Positions 37,866 to 52,700 of a stretch of 64,000 bases of DNA are shown in pieces (position 1 is the stretch's first letter; every line of letters starts with the position of its first letter). The stretch is from Eledone cirrhosa. Lineage: Eukaryota. A program made the translations under genes and the position numbers. The notes below the pieces were generated by a model. The model was given only the letters and a program-made list of their open reading frames with translations, had not been told where the DNA came from and did not search any database. Location of the stretch: the NCBI GenBank assembly GCA_964016885.1, contig OZ024745.1, positions 81,964,001 to 82,028,000 of the forward strand, read 5' to 3'.

Positions 37866-38499
37866 ATAGGACCCCAATATTTAATATTTAATTTTGGATC
37901 AGAAATGTTATAGTCGAAAAACAGAAAAATGGCTAAGTGGACCACCAACACCACCACCGCGACCATCACCACCACCACGCCAAAAACTCTAGTCAAGTTA
38001 CCTCAACTTCTATTTCAACTTCAACACTATCACTACATTACTACGATCACATCACCACCACCACTGCCTCATTATCGCTACCGCCGCTACTCTCTCCCAC
38101 TACCTCCTGCTAAATACTACTAGCACATCACCACCACCACCACTGCCTCATTATCGCTATCGCCACTATTCTCTCCCACTACCTCCTGCTAAGGCAGGCA
38201 TCGTAGTATTCCCACTAAATGAGGAAGGCATCAAAAGATATAAATAGACGGATTTGATGAGCCGGTCAAAAAATCAAAAAATCAAAAATCAAAATCAAAA
38301 CAGCACAGCAGCAACGAAAAACGCAAAGAAAAGAAAAAAGAAAAGAAAAACAAACAGACAGACAGACAAGCAAAAAAACTAAGTCAGACATTCAAACATT
38401 ACATTACAATGAAACTTATGCTTATTTTGGTTTTTTTTTACCTATTTGTTTGTTTGTTTATTTATGTTCGTCTACAGCGTGATAGTGCCACGTTAAAAT

Positions 38500-41400
38500 C
38501 ACCGGTGGTTATGTAACCATACATTCACCAATCCTCGATAAGAGTGTTTAAATGTCGAACCTAAACAGTTCGAATAACGGTGAAGTGGAGACTGGAATGT
38601 CATGTGACAGACTCTCACCCAGCAAGTGCTCCCTGGCTCAGCATCAGGGACCTGGCTGTCAACCAAATACTGCTGGTGTCGGAGGAAGAAGAAGAAGGAA
38701 AGGGACCAGAACCAACTGGACGAAAGAATTGAATAGAACTGTTATGCAATGTTACCTGAAGAGTAACCCCAAGGAAAAAGGCTATAGGAAACGGATGCAT
38801 AACATCTGGAACGAGATTGGTCTATTTAAATTAGATGAACAAAAATTGGCGGGGCAGGCTCGGGTAATAAGAACTAATGGGTGGATAAGCGACCTGGAAC
38901 TGGAGGAACTGAGCAGAGAGATTAGGTTGGAAATGGAGAGTGGAGTATGCCAGGCAAACGAGCCAGTGGGAAATGAAGGGGAAGAGGTTGAGAGAACGGA
39001 GGAACCATCCGAAGCAGACAATGATCTGAATGCTGAAATAAATAATACCCGGAACAAAGATACGGCCATTGAGGAGATGAATGCTGACGAGCTAGGACAA
39101 GATTTGGTTGATATCCTAAACTTAGTGGTAGATGAATTGAACAATGATAGTGGGAAACCTATGAACCTAAGACAGGAAAAAGTTAAAAGAAACAACAGCT
39201 AAGGTAAACAAAGTCACCCCATACCTTGAGGCGAGGAGTCTTTACCAGTGCAACAATATCCTCAATGCAACAGCAAATGCGGTGAGGAAATTACTTGGCA
39301 TAAAAGCGAGAGGAAACAACAAACAAGAAAGATCAGAACCTTGGCGGAAGAAACGACTGAATGGTCAAATCAGGGAAATGAGAAATGACATTGGAAAACT
39401 TGAGTCCCTACTGAAGGGGACACTAAAAAAACATAGACACTAAAGATAGACTGGAAATAAAGTACAAAACTAGGAGGAAAAAGCTAAATATTATCATAGA
39501 AGAACTGAAGCAACGCATTGTAGCAAAGAGTACAAAAATTAGGCGATACGAGAGCAGAGTCAGTCAGTATAGACAGAACCGCATGTTTGACAACAACCAG
39601 AAGATGTTGTTTGGACAGCTTGAAGGGAAAGAAAGAGGCAACGACTTGATCCCTGAGGCGGAACAGACTAAGACATTCTGGGGAGGAATATGGGAGCAGG
39701 ATGTTAAACATAATGACCAGGCAGTGGGGATTGAGACAGTACAAAAGGAGATTAGTGAACAGGCACACCAACAAACTGATTTGAGTATCACAGTTGAAAC
39801 TCTTAAGGGGCAGGCCAAAAAACTAACCAACTGGACATCACCAGGCCCAGATGGTGTGCAGGGTATTGGATTAAAAATATAACATCCCTCCACCCGAAAC
39901 TGACAACCATGTTCAATGACTGCTTGATGTCAGGTGAGGTACCAGAGTGGTTGACAAAAGGTACCACCATTCTGGTAATGAAAGACCGAATCAAGGGTAA
40001 TGATGTTACCAACTATAGACCTATCACATGTCTGTCCGTAATGTGGAAACTGTTGACAAGCATTGTGTCTGAGGAAATCTACCATCACCTCCACACAAAC
40101 AACTTGTTACCGGACGAACAGAAAGGATGCCGAAAGAAGTCTCGTGGTACAAAGGACCAGTTACTTATTGATAAGATGGTAATGAGGAATTGCAAGAGGA
40201 GACACACTGGTCTTCCCATGGGATGGATAGACTACAAAAAGGCATTTGACATGGTGCCTCATTCTTGGATCACCAAAAGCCTAGAGATCTTCAAGGTGGC
40301 AGATAACATCAGACAGTTGTTGAGCAAAAGTTTGAAGTCCTGGAAAACAGAGTTAACATCAGCTGGAGAATCCTTGGGAGGCGTGAAGATCAAGAGAGGT
40401 ATCTTCCAGGGAGATAGTCTGTCCCCTCTGTTATTTGTCCTTGCCCTGATGCCCCTGACCATTATACTGCGAAAAGTGAGAGCATGATACAAGTTGGGAA
40501 AGGGAGAGCTTACCATCAACCACCTTCTCTTCATGGACGATCTTAAGCTCTTCGGGAAGAGTGAGAAGGAGTTGGATGTACTTGTTGACACTGTCCGTAT
40601 TTTCAGCAATGATATATGTATGCAATTTGGTATTAGTAAGTGTGGAGTCCTTGTGATGAAGAGGGGGTAAATTGGGCAGAAGCAACGGAATCCAGGTACC
40701 AACAGGTGAGATGATAAAGGAAATTGACACTGAAGAAGGATACAAGTATTTGGGTGTTCTGGAGGCTGATGACATCAAGAACAAAAAAATGAAGGAATTG
40801 ATAAGATCTGAATACATTCGGAGAGTAAGGAGCGTATTAAAGTCACATCTGAACAGTAGGAATGCCATAAGTGCAGTAAATTTCAGAGCTGTGTCTATTA
40901 TTAGGTACAGTGCGGGAATTCTGAGATGGAATGTTGCTGAACAAAAAGAAATGGAAAGGAAGACTAGGAAGCTATTGACTATCTACAACATGTTCCACAA
41001 GAGGAGTGATGTCGATAGACTCTACTTAAGGAGATCTGAAGGTGGAAGAGGTCTTATCAGCATAGAGGACTGTGTCCAGATGGAGAAAAATAACCTACAC
41101 AAATACGTGACTGATAGTAAGGAGCCAATGTTCAGAATTGTACTGAAGGAGAGGACAATAGACCAGGGGATGTCCAAGGAGGAAATAACAACAAGGAGAA
41201 AGAGCAGCCTTCATGAAAAATCCCTTCATAGTACCTTCTTTGAGAAAACTGAATTCAGAGATCCACAGACATGGAACTGGTTGAAAAGAGGAGACCTTAA
41301 AAAGGCCACAGAAGGAATGCCAATGGCTGCGCAAGAGCAAGCCCTAAAAAAGAAGTGGCTGAAACACCATATTTACAAGGAGGAGGCTAGCCCACTGTGC

Positions 41401-42045
41401 AAGATCTGTGGAGGAGAGAGAGAGGCGACTGTGGCTCACATTGTATCCGAGTGTAAACACCTAGCCCAGACTCACTATAAGGGCTGGAGACATGATATGA
41501 TGGGCAGGGTGATCCACTGGCACCTATGCAGAGGATAAGCCAGAGTCGGTGATAGAAAACGATCAGGTGAAGGTGCTGTGGGATTTTAGGATACAGACGG
41601 ACAAGACACTAGAACACAATAGACCTGACCTGGTAGTTTTAGACAAGGAAAAAAGATCGTGCCTGATTGTGGATGTGGCCTGCCCATTCGACACGAGAGT
41701 GCAAGAGAAGGAGAAGGAGAAGGAGAAGGAGAAAATTAACCGATACCAGGACTTAAAGTGGGAGATAAAAAGGATTTGGAACTGACATGAAGTCAAAGTG
41801 GTCCCGATTGTCATAGGCGCACTAGGTACTATCTCAAAAAGTTTCCAGGGATGGTTAAAGAAAATTGGCCCCTTCACGCTTTTTGGAACACTTCAAAAGG
41901 CATGCTTGCTGGGAACAGCAAGAACCCTCCGATACGTCCTGAATATCTGAGGCTGCAGGTAGTGGCTTGATATTCATTTCAACAAACTTTCCAGTTAACT
42001 AACATCAATGACTGAGACTCAAAGAACAATAATAATAATAATAAT
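38500..42045 (+). mobile_element. Near-full-length decayed R4/Dong-clade (RLE) non-LTR retrotransposon
   Basis: Broken single ORF ~38552-41950: YRPITCL, EQKG, DYKKAFDMVPH, GIFQGDSLSP, FMDDLKL, YKYLG, CKIC...HIVSEC zinc knuckle, RPD...IVDV...KEKINRY nuclease; (AAT)n(GAT)n tail. Confidence 0.92.
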
Positions 42046-42079
42046 GATGATGATGATGATGATGATGATGAGGAGGATG

Positions 42080-42114
<35 letters not shown>

Positions 42115-42469
42115 ATAGTTAAAAGCAGATATATATACATGAGAACGATTTACAGAGGATAGGAGCTATAATCTACTTGCGAAAGCCGTTTAAGTGATTA
42201 AGGTGTGCAGTGATATCAAGTAATACATGATTCAATGGAGAAATAAGAATTGATAACTTCTGATTTGAAGTGAGATGCTATGTTTATTGTGTTACGTTAA
42301 TATATTTGTTATTATTTATATATATATATTTTTATTATTGAGAACTTTAAGGATGTTTTCTTACAGCAAGATTGATTGCAAATATGCACGAATCATGTGA
42401 TCTGTTTGCATTTCTCACATGCGTTGATATTTGACTCTATTACAACAAAAGTCTAGGCACGGTACTACC

Positions 42470-42720
42470 ACTATCAACGCTATAATCACTACTATCAACA
42501 TAACCACCACCACCACCATCAACATCTCCACCATCACCAACGATTAACATCATCGTACTCTTCCTAATCATCATTATCCTTCTCACCACCACTATCATCA
42601 TCACCATCATTATCCTTCTCACTACCACTATCATCATCACCATCATCCTTATCCTTCTCACTACCACTATCATCATCACCATCATCATCATGACCATCGT
42701 CTTTATCATTGGTATCATCA
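42470..42720. repeat. (CAT/CAC)n low-complexity tract
   Basis: Trinucleotide-periodic sequence. Confidence 0.85.
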
Positions 42721-43689
42721 TTTTTTTTATTAGTGGGTAGACTGGATATAGCAAAATGATAACTATAATCACTGATATAAAAAGGTGAAATTAGTCAGAG
42801 AAAAAGTCATAAATAAAAGGCATTGCTGTTTGCCGTATGCTTAGATTTCAGAATAACTGTATTTATACGTGACCAAATAAGGAATATCTAATAAGATTAT
42901 ACCATTGCCAAGAAAATGTCTTAAATTTATTAGCCCAGTAGCTTTATTTCTGCTTGAATTATGGCAAAAGCTCACCTTATAGAGATATATTTGAGAGATA
43001 GCAATTATACGAGATGACTTCAAGTTTTATCTTGCTTGCTGCTTCTACTATCGTTATCGATGATGATGATGGTGTTATTGTTGATATTGTTGTTATTATC
43101 ATTAGGGCGGTAAATTTGCGAAGTTCAAATCCCACTGACGTGAACTTTACCTTTCTTCATTACAGGGTCGTTAAAATAAGTATCAGTAATGCACTGGGGT
43201 CGGTGTATTCGACTTTCCCTTCCCTTAAAATTGCTCGCCTTCTGTCTAAATCAGAAACCATTATTATTGTTGTTATTGGTTTGTACAGACGTGTTATTGT
43301 AAGTTCCCGTAAGTTTTTTTTTCTCATATTTAAATCGTTCTTTGTTATAAATATTTTTCTACAAAGGTGACACAAGACATCAGAAGGGAGACCTTATAAT
43401 ATTTGGGCCTTTGGCTAAAATATTTGAACTTTATACCTTAGATTTATGCCCACTAATTTTTTTTAAAAATGGAGGTGACATCCCTCTCCACATCCAGCCA
43501 GAGTAGCAAGAAAATCATGTCACGTGACAGCGCGTCGGGCTGGTGTTTGAAGTTTGACACAGCAACAGCGGCGGCAACAATGACGACAATAACAACTAGT
43601 ATTTAGACAACAGCAGCAGCAACTACAAAAGCGCGTTCGCAGAAACTACTGCGAAAACTATGGACTATTTCCATATAAATTTGAGTAAG

Positions 43690-44160
43690 AGAGAAGAATA
43701 TATGGCTCTGGAAGCCAAACGTAACCTCATGCGATATGTTATAGAGAGCGTATGGAGTAAATCTGGCTTGGGGCAGGGATTTTGATAAATTTAGATCAAT
43801 CTAAAGCTTTCGATAGGGTCGACCATCGCTACCTCAATGAGCCGGTTTAAGTGCTGTCTTCAGGGACGTGGAAAGAGCTACGGTAGTATATGTAAACGGC
43901 GTCACCATCGAGCAGATCGGAAATTAAGGTGGTTGGCAACTTCTTAGAAGAATATGAAACGTTGAAGAGAGCAAAGATAAGCTCGGAAAAGTCGGTGGGC
44001 TTGTAACTCGGAAGAAAATGCATGCCATTCAACAGCGTCGTCGGATGCTGGACAGATGGACTGATGAAGCTGCACAGGGTGTGGTTTGGACCAGACCTCC
44101 AGGGGGCTAAGAACTGGGACAAGGTAATGTTAATCCAGAAATGGGCCAAGAGGAAATCTG
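43690..44160 (+). mobile_element. Decayed Tx1-like RT fragments
   Basis: LMRYVIE...INLDQSKAFDRVDHRYL...VVGCWTDG. Confidence 0.75.
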
Positions 44161-45089
44161 GAAAGTTGCCAGGGGCTTAAATCTTCTGCCAATGATAATA
44201 ATTATAATAATTATTATTATCAATAATAATAATATTATAATCTAATATATACAGTACTTTTCCCTAAGAAACCTAAACAAATAATTTCTCATTTGTGTAA
44301 CTGATAGAGGACTGAATCGATATTGTTTCACTGGTTGATTAATATCTCCTGTAACTTTAACAGATAAATAATCAGGTAATATAACAGAGAAGGAGAGTCG
44401 TCAAAAGTGACTGGCTTTGGCATATGCTTTGGAAAGAATTATTCTGTTATTTAATTTCTAACTTATTATTTCAAATACAATATCTGCAGATAGGTTATCT
44501 ACACATATTGGAAACAGAATTCCTATATTTTCAATAAAATTAATTAAAAATGCAGTCTATGAACCTATCTCCTAAACGTATTATGTATTTACGTTTTCTT
44601 AATAATTTTATGTTTGTATATGATCAAGGAAAGATGAAGTTGACGTTTTGGGGACTGATCATTCGCATGAGAGAGAAAAAGGGAGAGAGAGAGTGGATGA
44701 GTTTAGGTGGAGAGAGGCATCTTTTTTCAAATGTTTTTCAAATTTTTCAATGTTGCCTTCCAAATGTAGAGAAAAGAAGGGGTTTTGTCAAGATGACGTG
44801 ACATTAGGTATCATGTGCCAGGATAGCTACAAAAAGAGAAAACAAATAAATAAGGGATATGGGGATTCACAAATTAATATTGCAAGAAAAGATCTGGGCA
44901 AGTATTAACAAAAAACAACAACAAACAAAGAAAAATAACAACAGTTATATAAACATTGGATTATGCCAATATCTTAATGAAAAAGAAAAGATTTCAATAT
45001 TTCGGATGAATTGTCATTTGTCAAGATAGATTGGTAAATATAAAGGGAGATTAATATCTAGTTAGAGAAAAAGAAAGGGGAATATTATT

Positions 45090-46760
45090 CAGTTAGCGGC
45101 GGTGGGACTAGGTGGGTAATAAGCAGTCATGACTGCAAAGATCATAGGTATAGATCCTTTCTCCAGACACAGAAAATAGTGAACTTGGCTTGGAAATAAG
45201 AGCTTTTCTTGCACTTGCGAATCGCAGAAAAAAAAAGTAAAGGCTGCTAAAGTTAAGACATTGGAGGACTTTGGGGTTAAGCTGAAATCCGACTTCAGAT
45301 CAGCAAATAAAGTGTTCTGGCAGACCACCCACAGACTTTGTAATAAAAAGTCCACACCTGTTATCAGGAATGCGTCTGGGGTTTCTTTTCTCTTCAGAGA
45401 GGTGCATCCTCGCGAGGCGGAGAGAATACTTTGCTGATCTCCTAAACACGATCACAACAGCATTTTCTGATGTACACGAGGTGCATCTGGGAACGAAGAC
45501 TAATCTCTTAGATGTTGAGGTCGCAAGAACAGTTAAAGAGCTCAAATATGGCAAAGCCGCTGGGGAAGATGAAATCCGGCCCGAGATGTTAAAAGCCTTA
45601 AATAGAGAAGGTGTACTCTGGCTGACTCATGTGTTCCGAGTGGCCTGGATCTCTGGAAAAGCACACAAGTAATGGAAATTGGGAGTGATAATCCCAATTT
45701 TCAAAAAGGGGGACAAGAGAGTTTGCTCCAATTACACAGGGATCTCTTTGTTAATCATCCGCGGTAAAGTCTATGCTAAGTGTCTGGCAATAAGATGTAG
45801 GAAGATTGTCGAGTCCAAGCTAGCTGATGAACACTGCAATTTTTGCCACGGACGCAACTCAGCCGACCAAATATTCATACTGCAGCAGGGTCTTCAGGAA
45901 ATAGTGGGAGTATTGCCATGAGGTATATTCTTCTTTTATAGACCACGAAAAAAAAACATGACCGCCTTCCTCATAACTTGCTGTGGAAGGTTCTGCAGGC
46001 GTATGGGATCGATGGTCAGCTTCTTGTTGCCCTTATGATTCTATACGAATGTCCGAGTATTTCATTCAATGTGGAAATCGGACTCCACCAAGGATGCGTA
46101 CTGACACTTCTCCTGTTCAGGATTTTCATGAACAGGATTGACATGCGCAGCCGGGTTGGAAGTGGTGTCACAACTATCAGGTAGGCTGGAATTTGCTGAC
46201 GACATGGTATTACTTAACTCGACAGAAGGTGATCTACTTGCACTTGATAGGTTAGATGCCAAGTGATGCATGGCTGGAATGAAAACCAGTGGTGCGAAGA
46301 CTGGGACACTCATTTTTTCAAAGAAGCCAGTGCAGTGCACTCTACATGTGAATGGAGTTTCACTGAAGCAGGTGAAGAAGTTCAAGTACCTCGGGGCCGT
46401 AATCATGAGTGATGGAAGGCAGGAGGCTGGATTAAGTGCAAGAATTGCTGGAGCTGGTGCAACAATACGTCAGCTTCAGCATTTGGTAATCAGAAGAAAG
46501 TAAAAGTCAAATTCGTTATCTTCAATTCAATATTCGTGCCAACTATTGGGCATGTGGTTAGAATGTCTCATGAAAGAATCGCTGGACTGATTTTGCGGGC
46601 AAAACCAACTGGCGGGAGACACAGGTGTAGACTCTGAGCAAGATGATTGGGTAACATGCATAAGCTTTGCTGGTCTCGCTTGGGGATATAGCTTATTAGT
46701 TGGACACGGCTGCTTGTGACAGGACCTGCTGGAAGGTGTGTTTGAGGACTCTATATTGGA
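45090..46760 (+). mobile_element. RTE-clade LINE, decayed
   Basis: EYFADLLN, KAAGEDEIRPEMLKAL, PIFKKGDKRVCSNYTGISLL, FADD, FKYLG. Confidence 0.9.
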
Positions 46761-47437
46761 TAATATAGCCCCCTTGATATTATGTCTTGAAAAAGAAGAA
46801 AATGTGAGATGCTTATGGCTGAAATATATTCGTAGGTCAATTCGATGAGAGTTGATCTGGAGCTAAGGAATAACAGCGTGTCATTTCCTGTTAATTCCTC
46901 TCACTTACAGTTCATGCACCGAGGTCAACGTATCATTTATCAATAACAAAACTATTTCACCACCCTTTTAGAAGTTTTTGGCTTCTCTTGCACACATACT
47001 CTCCAACTCATTACAATTTTCAATTTGGACCCCATCTAGGACACGCCTAGGGTTTCTGTTGCACATCGTTCTTGGAAGCACAGGGCACTGCTCCATGTGC
47101 AGTTCTCACGGAATTCTACTGATTGGGTTGGTCTTATCCATTGACTTGCGTAGTTTCATCTGCAGAATATCTATATAGACCTTTGATACGCAAATATCTA
47201 AATCCATTATCCTGCTGTCAATGTCTTCACCGTAACCCTGGCGGAGTGGCTGCCGGGTACTATGCATTGTTAAAACAAATCCGTGTTTTGTCCATCACTG
47301 CTTATTTGAGTATTCACAGCTAAATTCCATAGTTAAAGGCAAACTGGTGACCCGATGGATAGGAGGCTTTCTTTTCTTTTGTGAAGAAGTTGAGTTGAAG
47401 TCATCGAGTCCAATTTCAGATTTGTAATGAATTAAAG

Positions 47438-47496
<59 letters not shown>

Positions 47497-48829
47497 TAGA
47501 AGCTTAGTAAAATCGAAGTTTTGGCTGTGGCCAAGCTAACGATATACAATTAGGAATGTGCAGCAAAGCACTCGATAAAGTTGTAGGCCTTAGAGTAATA
47601 ACATAAGTTTAGACAGCTTGACAAATTGAAAATTGCGGCAGGTAAACCTAGCCACATAATACCAAATCAACTATATATCTATAAATCAACTAAATTGTTC
47701 AGTCAATTTTAATCATTTGATTGTATTGATTACTAAACAATTGTAATATTGCAAAAATAAGTTAGTAATTCGTAAAACAATTCAATCCAAAAGATCTGTT
47801 TATTTTCTCTTTTTGTCATTAAGAAGGTGCATCTAATCTGACTAGGAAAGTAGGTAGCGAATATAGTATTTTACGTTTGCTTATTTCATCTTTAATCAAC
47901 TACATGAAAGCAACATCGAGGAAGACATTGTGATTGTCATGTAAAATTCCCCCTTCCACCAACTTAGCGTCTACTTTCTTCTCGTACGAACATATATGAA
48001 TAATCTAATAGAGAGATTAAAGACTAGATGACGGATGAGGTGCTAAAATTGATTGCAGAAAAAGATAAGAAACAGAGAAAAACAAATATATACTAAAAAT
48101 GCTGGTTGCTTCATCTATTAAGTGCTAACCAATTAAATAACGAAAATATTAACTCTGAAAGATGAGTTACAACAGAGAGAGAGTATAAAATATAATCTAA
48201 AATGAGTACTCAGATATACTTCGATTATTTAGCATTGCCCTTGAAAAGAAAACTTTCATTTGGTTTCATTATCTATTTTTAAAAATTTAATTTTGTCATT
48301 ACCTTGCTCGTATTTTTAACAGTGGTTTTGTCAACTACAACGGTGAAATGTAAGTTTTCGGTTACTATTTCAGCCTTTTCATTAACAAATACCTATTATT
48401 TTAATAATTTCAACAATTTTATGCCAGTTTCTACTTCACTACCATGTATGCCTTTGTAGTTGTTTAGCCCTAGGTCTGCCAATATCGTAATCGTCTTTGA
48501 TAAAAAAAAGACATTCCAACTGATCACAGCCTGTTATTCAGAGGCAGTATATCTACATCTTCATTATCCAATCTTTCCCATCTTGTTTAATATATCAATG
48601 AATGATTTAAGGGAGATCTTTGGTGTTATTTGTAGCAGATCAACCACCTGTGCAACTATCCTAATTGTTGGCTTGTGAGGCACCTCTTGAGAACTGTGTC
48701 TGTCGTTGTGAGGCACTCTCATGTTCTTAAGAAGTATGCAACATTGTGTTTTCATGTAGAATTGTGTTTGTATGTTAGATCTGTTTAATTTGAGGTTTGT
48801 TTTGTTGTTTCTGGAGGTAATTTAATGAA

Positions 48830-49110
48830 AATTATTTTTATGTAAAAGTTTTTATATTACATGCTTTCGCTGCTCTACCGAGTGCAGCTTTATGCATCTT
48901 GGGTATGTGCAGTGCTTTGTTTTAGTAAGTTTATTTTCTATTCTATTGAAAGTAATTGTATACAGTGCCTAAAAGCGTTATTTTCTGTATCTTGTACATA
49001 TTGTAAGCACTGAAGTTTTAGGTATTTGTCTGCATGTTTTCATAATCATTCCCAAAGTGCCTATAGTTATAGGGATGGTTTCTGTTCTCAGACCCTACAT
49101 TTTGATTATT
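48830..49110 (-). mobile_element. R4-like 3' remnant
   Basis: Minus strand resembles the IPITIGTLG...IQKIT...TAHI C-terminus. Confidence 0.45.
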
Positions 49111-49364
49111 TGTAATTCCATAGATATACAACAGTGTAGATAGATTCAATGTTGATATCCATATAAGTACTGGGTGAGAAAGATGTGCCAAAGCTTTACT
49201 ACACAGAGAAACATATAGTTACATGTAGACAATTAGTACGAAACATTCATACATGCCCTTAAGAAATGTAAGATCTATATCAACAGGTAAGAATCGAAAT
49301 CCCGACCTAGAAATTTGATTTTTGTTCTTCATAAAATTTATTATAAAAATAAAAAAAAAAAAAG

Positions 49365-49432
49365 AAATGACTATCTGCAAAATGCTGTATGAAGAATCCA
49401 CTCTTTATACAGCATTTTGCAGATAGTCATTT
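49365..49432. repeat. Isolated 31-bp hairpin with 6-nt loop
   Basis: AAATGACTATCTGCAAAATGCTGTATGAAGA-atccac-TCTTTATACAGCATTTTGCAGATAGTCATTT. Confidence 0.9.
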
Positions 49433-50639
49433 TTTTTTCTTGGTTGTTTTTACTTGTTCCCCTCTCTTCAGCTTGGGAGTGTCTTTTCTGTATAAGGATA
49501 TCATTTCATTTATTGGATTAATGAAACACTTAAACCACTTCAAATAAACCAGTCAATTACATAATTAATCGGGAAACTGCGAAAATTGTATCAGTTTATC
49601 TTGTGAAAGCAGCATTCCACAAATCTTTAGTGACACCTCTCTTTAGCTCATCAACAACCTAACAACAAAAAGATAAGCCTCAAAATTGTGTTTATAACAT
49701 TTCAATTCACGTAAAAATTGTCAAAGATTATTTCAAAATTAATTTTCGATTTCATTAAACCTTCTTTAAAATCCAAAGTTACAAAATTTTATATTTTCAA
49801 ATTTGTTATTGACAGAAACATATGTTGTCAAACACGAAGAGAAGCGTAAAAGTGTAACCAGGAATAAGGAACAGTGTTACAGAATTACAAAGAAATATAA
49901 AAACGAGTAGCTGGAAAGCTGGAAAGAAAACACTTTTTCATAGGGTTGTTTGTCAGCAAACAGAAGATATAACAGGGGTGGGGGTGGATGTGATTGTGGA
50001 GGCGTGTGGCCTAGTGATAAGTAGGTTCGATTCCTGGACTGGGTTGTCTGTTGTGCTCTTGAGCAAAACACTTTATTTCATGGTTCTCTAGTATACTCAA
50101 CTGAAAATAAGTACTAACAGTAGCTGGGGGATTAACTCTGCGATGGGCTGACGTCCTGTTCGGGGGGGGAAGTTGTTTAACGCCAAGGAAACCGGGATAA
50201 GCACTGGCCTAATGAGACTCCGAGCTGGAGACAGGCATTGGCTTTCTTTTTATGGATGTGATTGACTGAAAAATGCAGTGTTAGTGAGATAAAGAGAAAT
50301 CATGTTCGTAGCTAAACATGAATAGACAACTAAAAACACATTGTCAAAAGCAAACATAAAAGAAAGCGGTAGATAAATATTGGAGAAATCTGAAATTTGA
50401 GCTTTGGAACGCACACATTTCAAATTCAATAAATAAAACAACAGTACAAGCCAGCAAGATAATTGTACAGAATTCTCATGGTTGTGAGATGAACATCTTT
50501 GCCATTCAGCTATGACTGTATCCAATGTTTAAGAATGCAGAAAAATTGACACAAAAGTAATGTTTTCATCTTCATGAGTTTAAAATGGGCACCATTTATA
50601 GTTGAAATTCTGAAATACAAACGCAAACGCAAATTCTAT

Positions 50640-52700
50640 TCTGATAGTTTCGCACGTATCTTCTTCGATCATTAGCCCAAATTCATGATCATAAGTAAGG
50701 GTTGGCACAAATACCTAATTGAAGATAGCGTGTTTGGCTTTTACACATATATCCCTTCTGTTCTTCTGATAACCGAATAATGAAACTGGCACATTACTGC
50801 ACTAGCTCCTGAAATTATTGCACTAAATTCAGCCTCGTGCCTTCCATCACTCGTGGAAACAACCCTCCGAGATACTTGAACTTCTCCACCTCCTTCAGTG
50901 GAGCTCCACTCACATGTAGTGTGCACTTCACAGGCTTCCTTGAGAGGACGAGTGTTTCAGTTTTTGCAACACTGATTTTCCTTCCACACGTGCAGCACTA
51001 GGCAGCAAACTGTTCAACAGTTAGCTTGAACTCGATAATCTCCAAACATCTCTTTGCCAGAAACAGCCGGGAGGGTTACTGGAGAGGCTTAATAATGAGA
51101 TCACCCTCTAATATGAACTATATCTCTTGTCTCATTTAAAAAAAATGAGATTATGACTCCCGATTGTCATTGCTTGGGCGCCTTTCCAGAGATCTTGGCT
51201 ACTCGGCACATATGAGTCCGCCAGAGAATACCTTCTCTATTTAAGGCTTTTGTCTATGGACAACTTTAATTCTTCCCCGTGGCCTTGCCACATTTGAACT
51301 CTTTAATTGCATTTGAAACCTCAGAAGTTAGTCATTGTTCCCAGATGCCTCTCCTGTACATTAGCTTATGCGGTTCTGACCGAGTTTAAAAGATCTGAAA
51401 TATATTCTATCCACCTCATGAGGATGCCCCTCTCTTAAGAGAGAAGAACGCCAGACGCGTTCTTGATATCAGGTTTGGAGGAGGATTTCTTATTATGAAG
51501 TCGGTAGATGGTCCTCCAGAACACTTTATTTGCTGATCTGAAATCGGATTCCAGCTTAATCTCAAAATCCTCCCATGTCTTTACTTTGGACACCTTTACT
51601 GTCTCTACAATTTTTCGTGCCTGCTTGTACCGTAAGTGAAAAAAAAGAGTACTTATTTCAAACCAAGATTTGTAGTTCTTTACTAATATGACATCTTTGA
51701 CCAGTTAATTGAACCACGAGGTCCTTCTGCCACTTTGCTCCACACCAATCAGTTTTCGCCCACAGCATTTAACCGTTGTAGCAGAAACTGCCGAGCTGAA
51801 CAGTTTTCATTCCGTTTCAACGTCGTTAGTTTACTCAGGGAGTTTTCTGAATTTGGATGCAATAGTATGCACATACCTAGTCCCGACTTCCTTATCTACC
51901 AGTGCTTCATACTTTATCCTGTAGGTTCAGTTGGACTTGCAAGTTTTGTGATCTCTCTTGGCTTTAGTTAATCTCAGACTGCAGATAACCAGAAGGTTAT
52001 CAATTGACAGCTCAGCCCCTATCTTAACATGAACATCCTGTATCGAATCGAAGACAACAACAAAATCAATTATTGATCTCTGTCCTCGATTCCCATTATA
52101 TCATGTATATTTATGGATATCTTTGTGCTGGAAGATGGTGTTCATAATAGAAAGCCCATCGAGCAGAAGTATAATAAGATCTCTCTATTCGTCGGGAGTC
52201 AACGTTCCTTCCGATCACTCCTTTCCATGTCAGGTAATCAACGCCAACATGTGCATTGAATTCTCCCATTAGAATATATGACTCAATCATAACTACATCT
52301 AACGCTGCAGTGACTTCACCAAGAAAGGATCTGTATACGGGTTCTCTCTTTGGTGCATAAACTTGCACCGCTCACAGGGACCGTTTTTACAGACCTTCAA
52401 GGAGCAAATCCTGCCCCTCAATGGGATCCAGTTCATAACACATTCTGATAACTGGGTGCTTGTGAGTATCCCTACTCCCGTCTGTGCAGTCATTCCTGGC
52501 GCCACACCTGAACAGTGAAGTTTCCATCCTCTATCGATATCTATAGCACAAGAATTTGTTGAGGAAATCCCTTTGTAAGGTTTCATTTATTAATTGGCAA
52601 GGTTTTCTCCCTTTCAGACCCTCTCTCTTGTCTCGAATCATATCCATTTTGCTTCCATCCCACGACACCCAGGACAGGTCGCAGGCCAATCTCCAGCTTT
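50640..52700 (-). mobile_element. RTE-clade LINE (endonuclease plus partial RT), decayed
   Basis: GVGIL, QVYAP, MGEFNAHVG, KGVIGRN; nucleotide similarity to 45090-46760. Confidence 0.85.
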
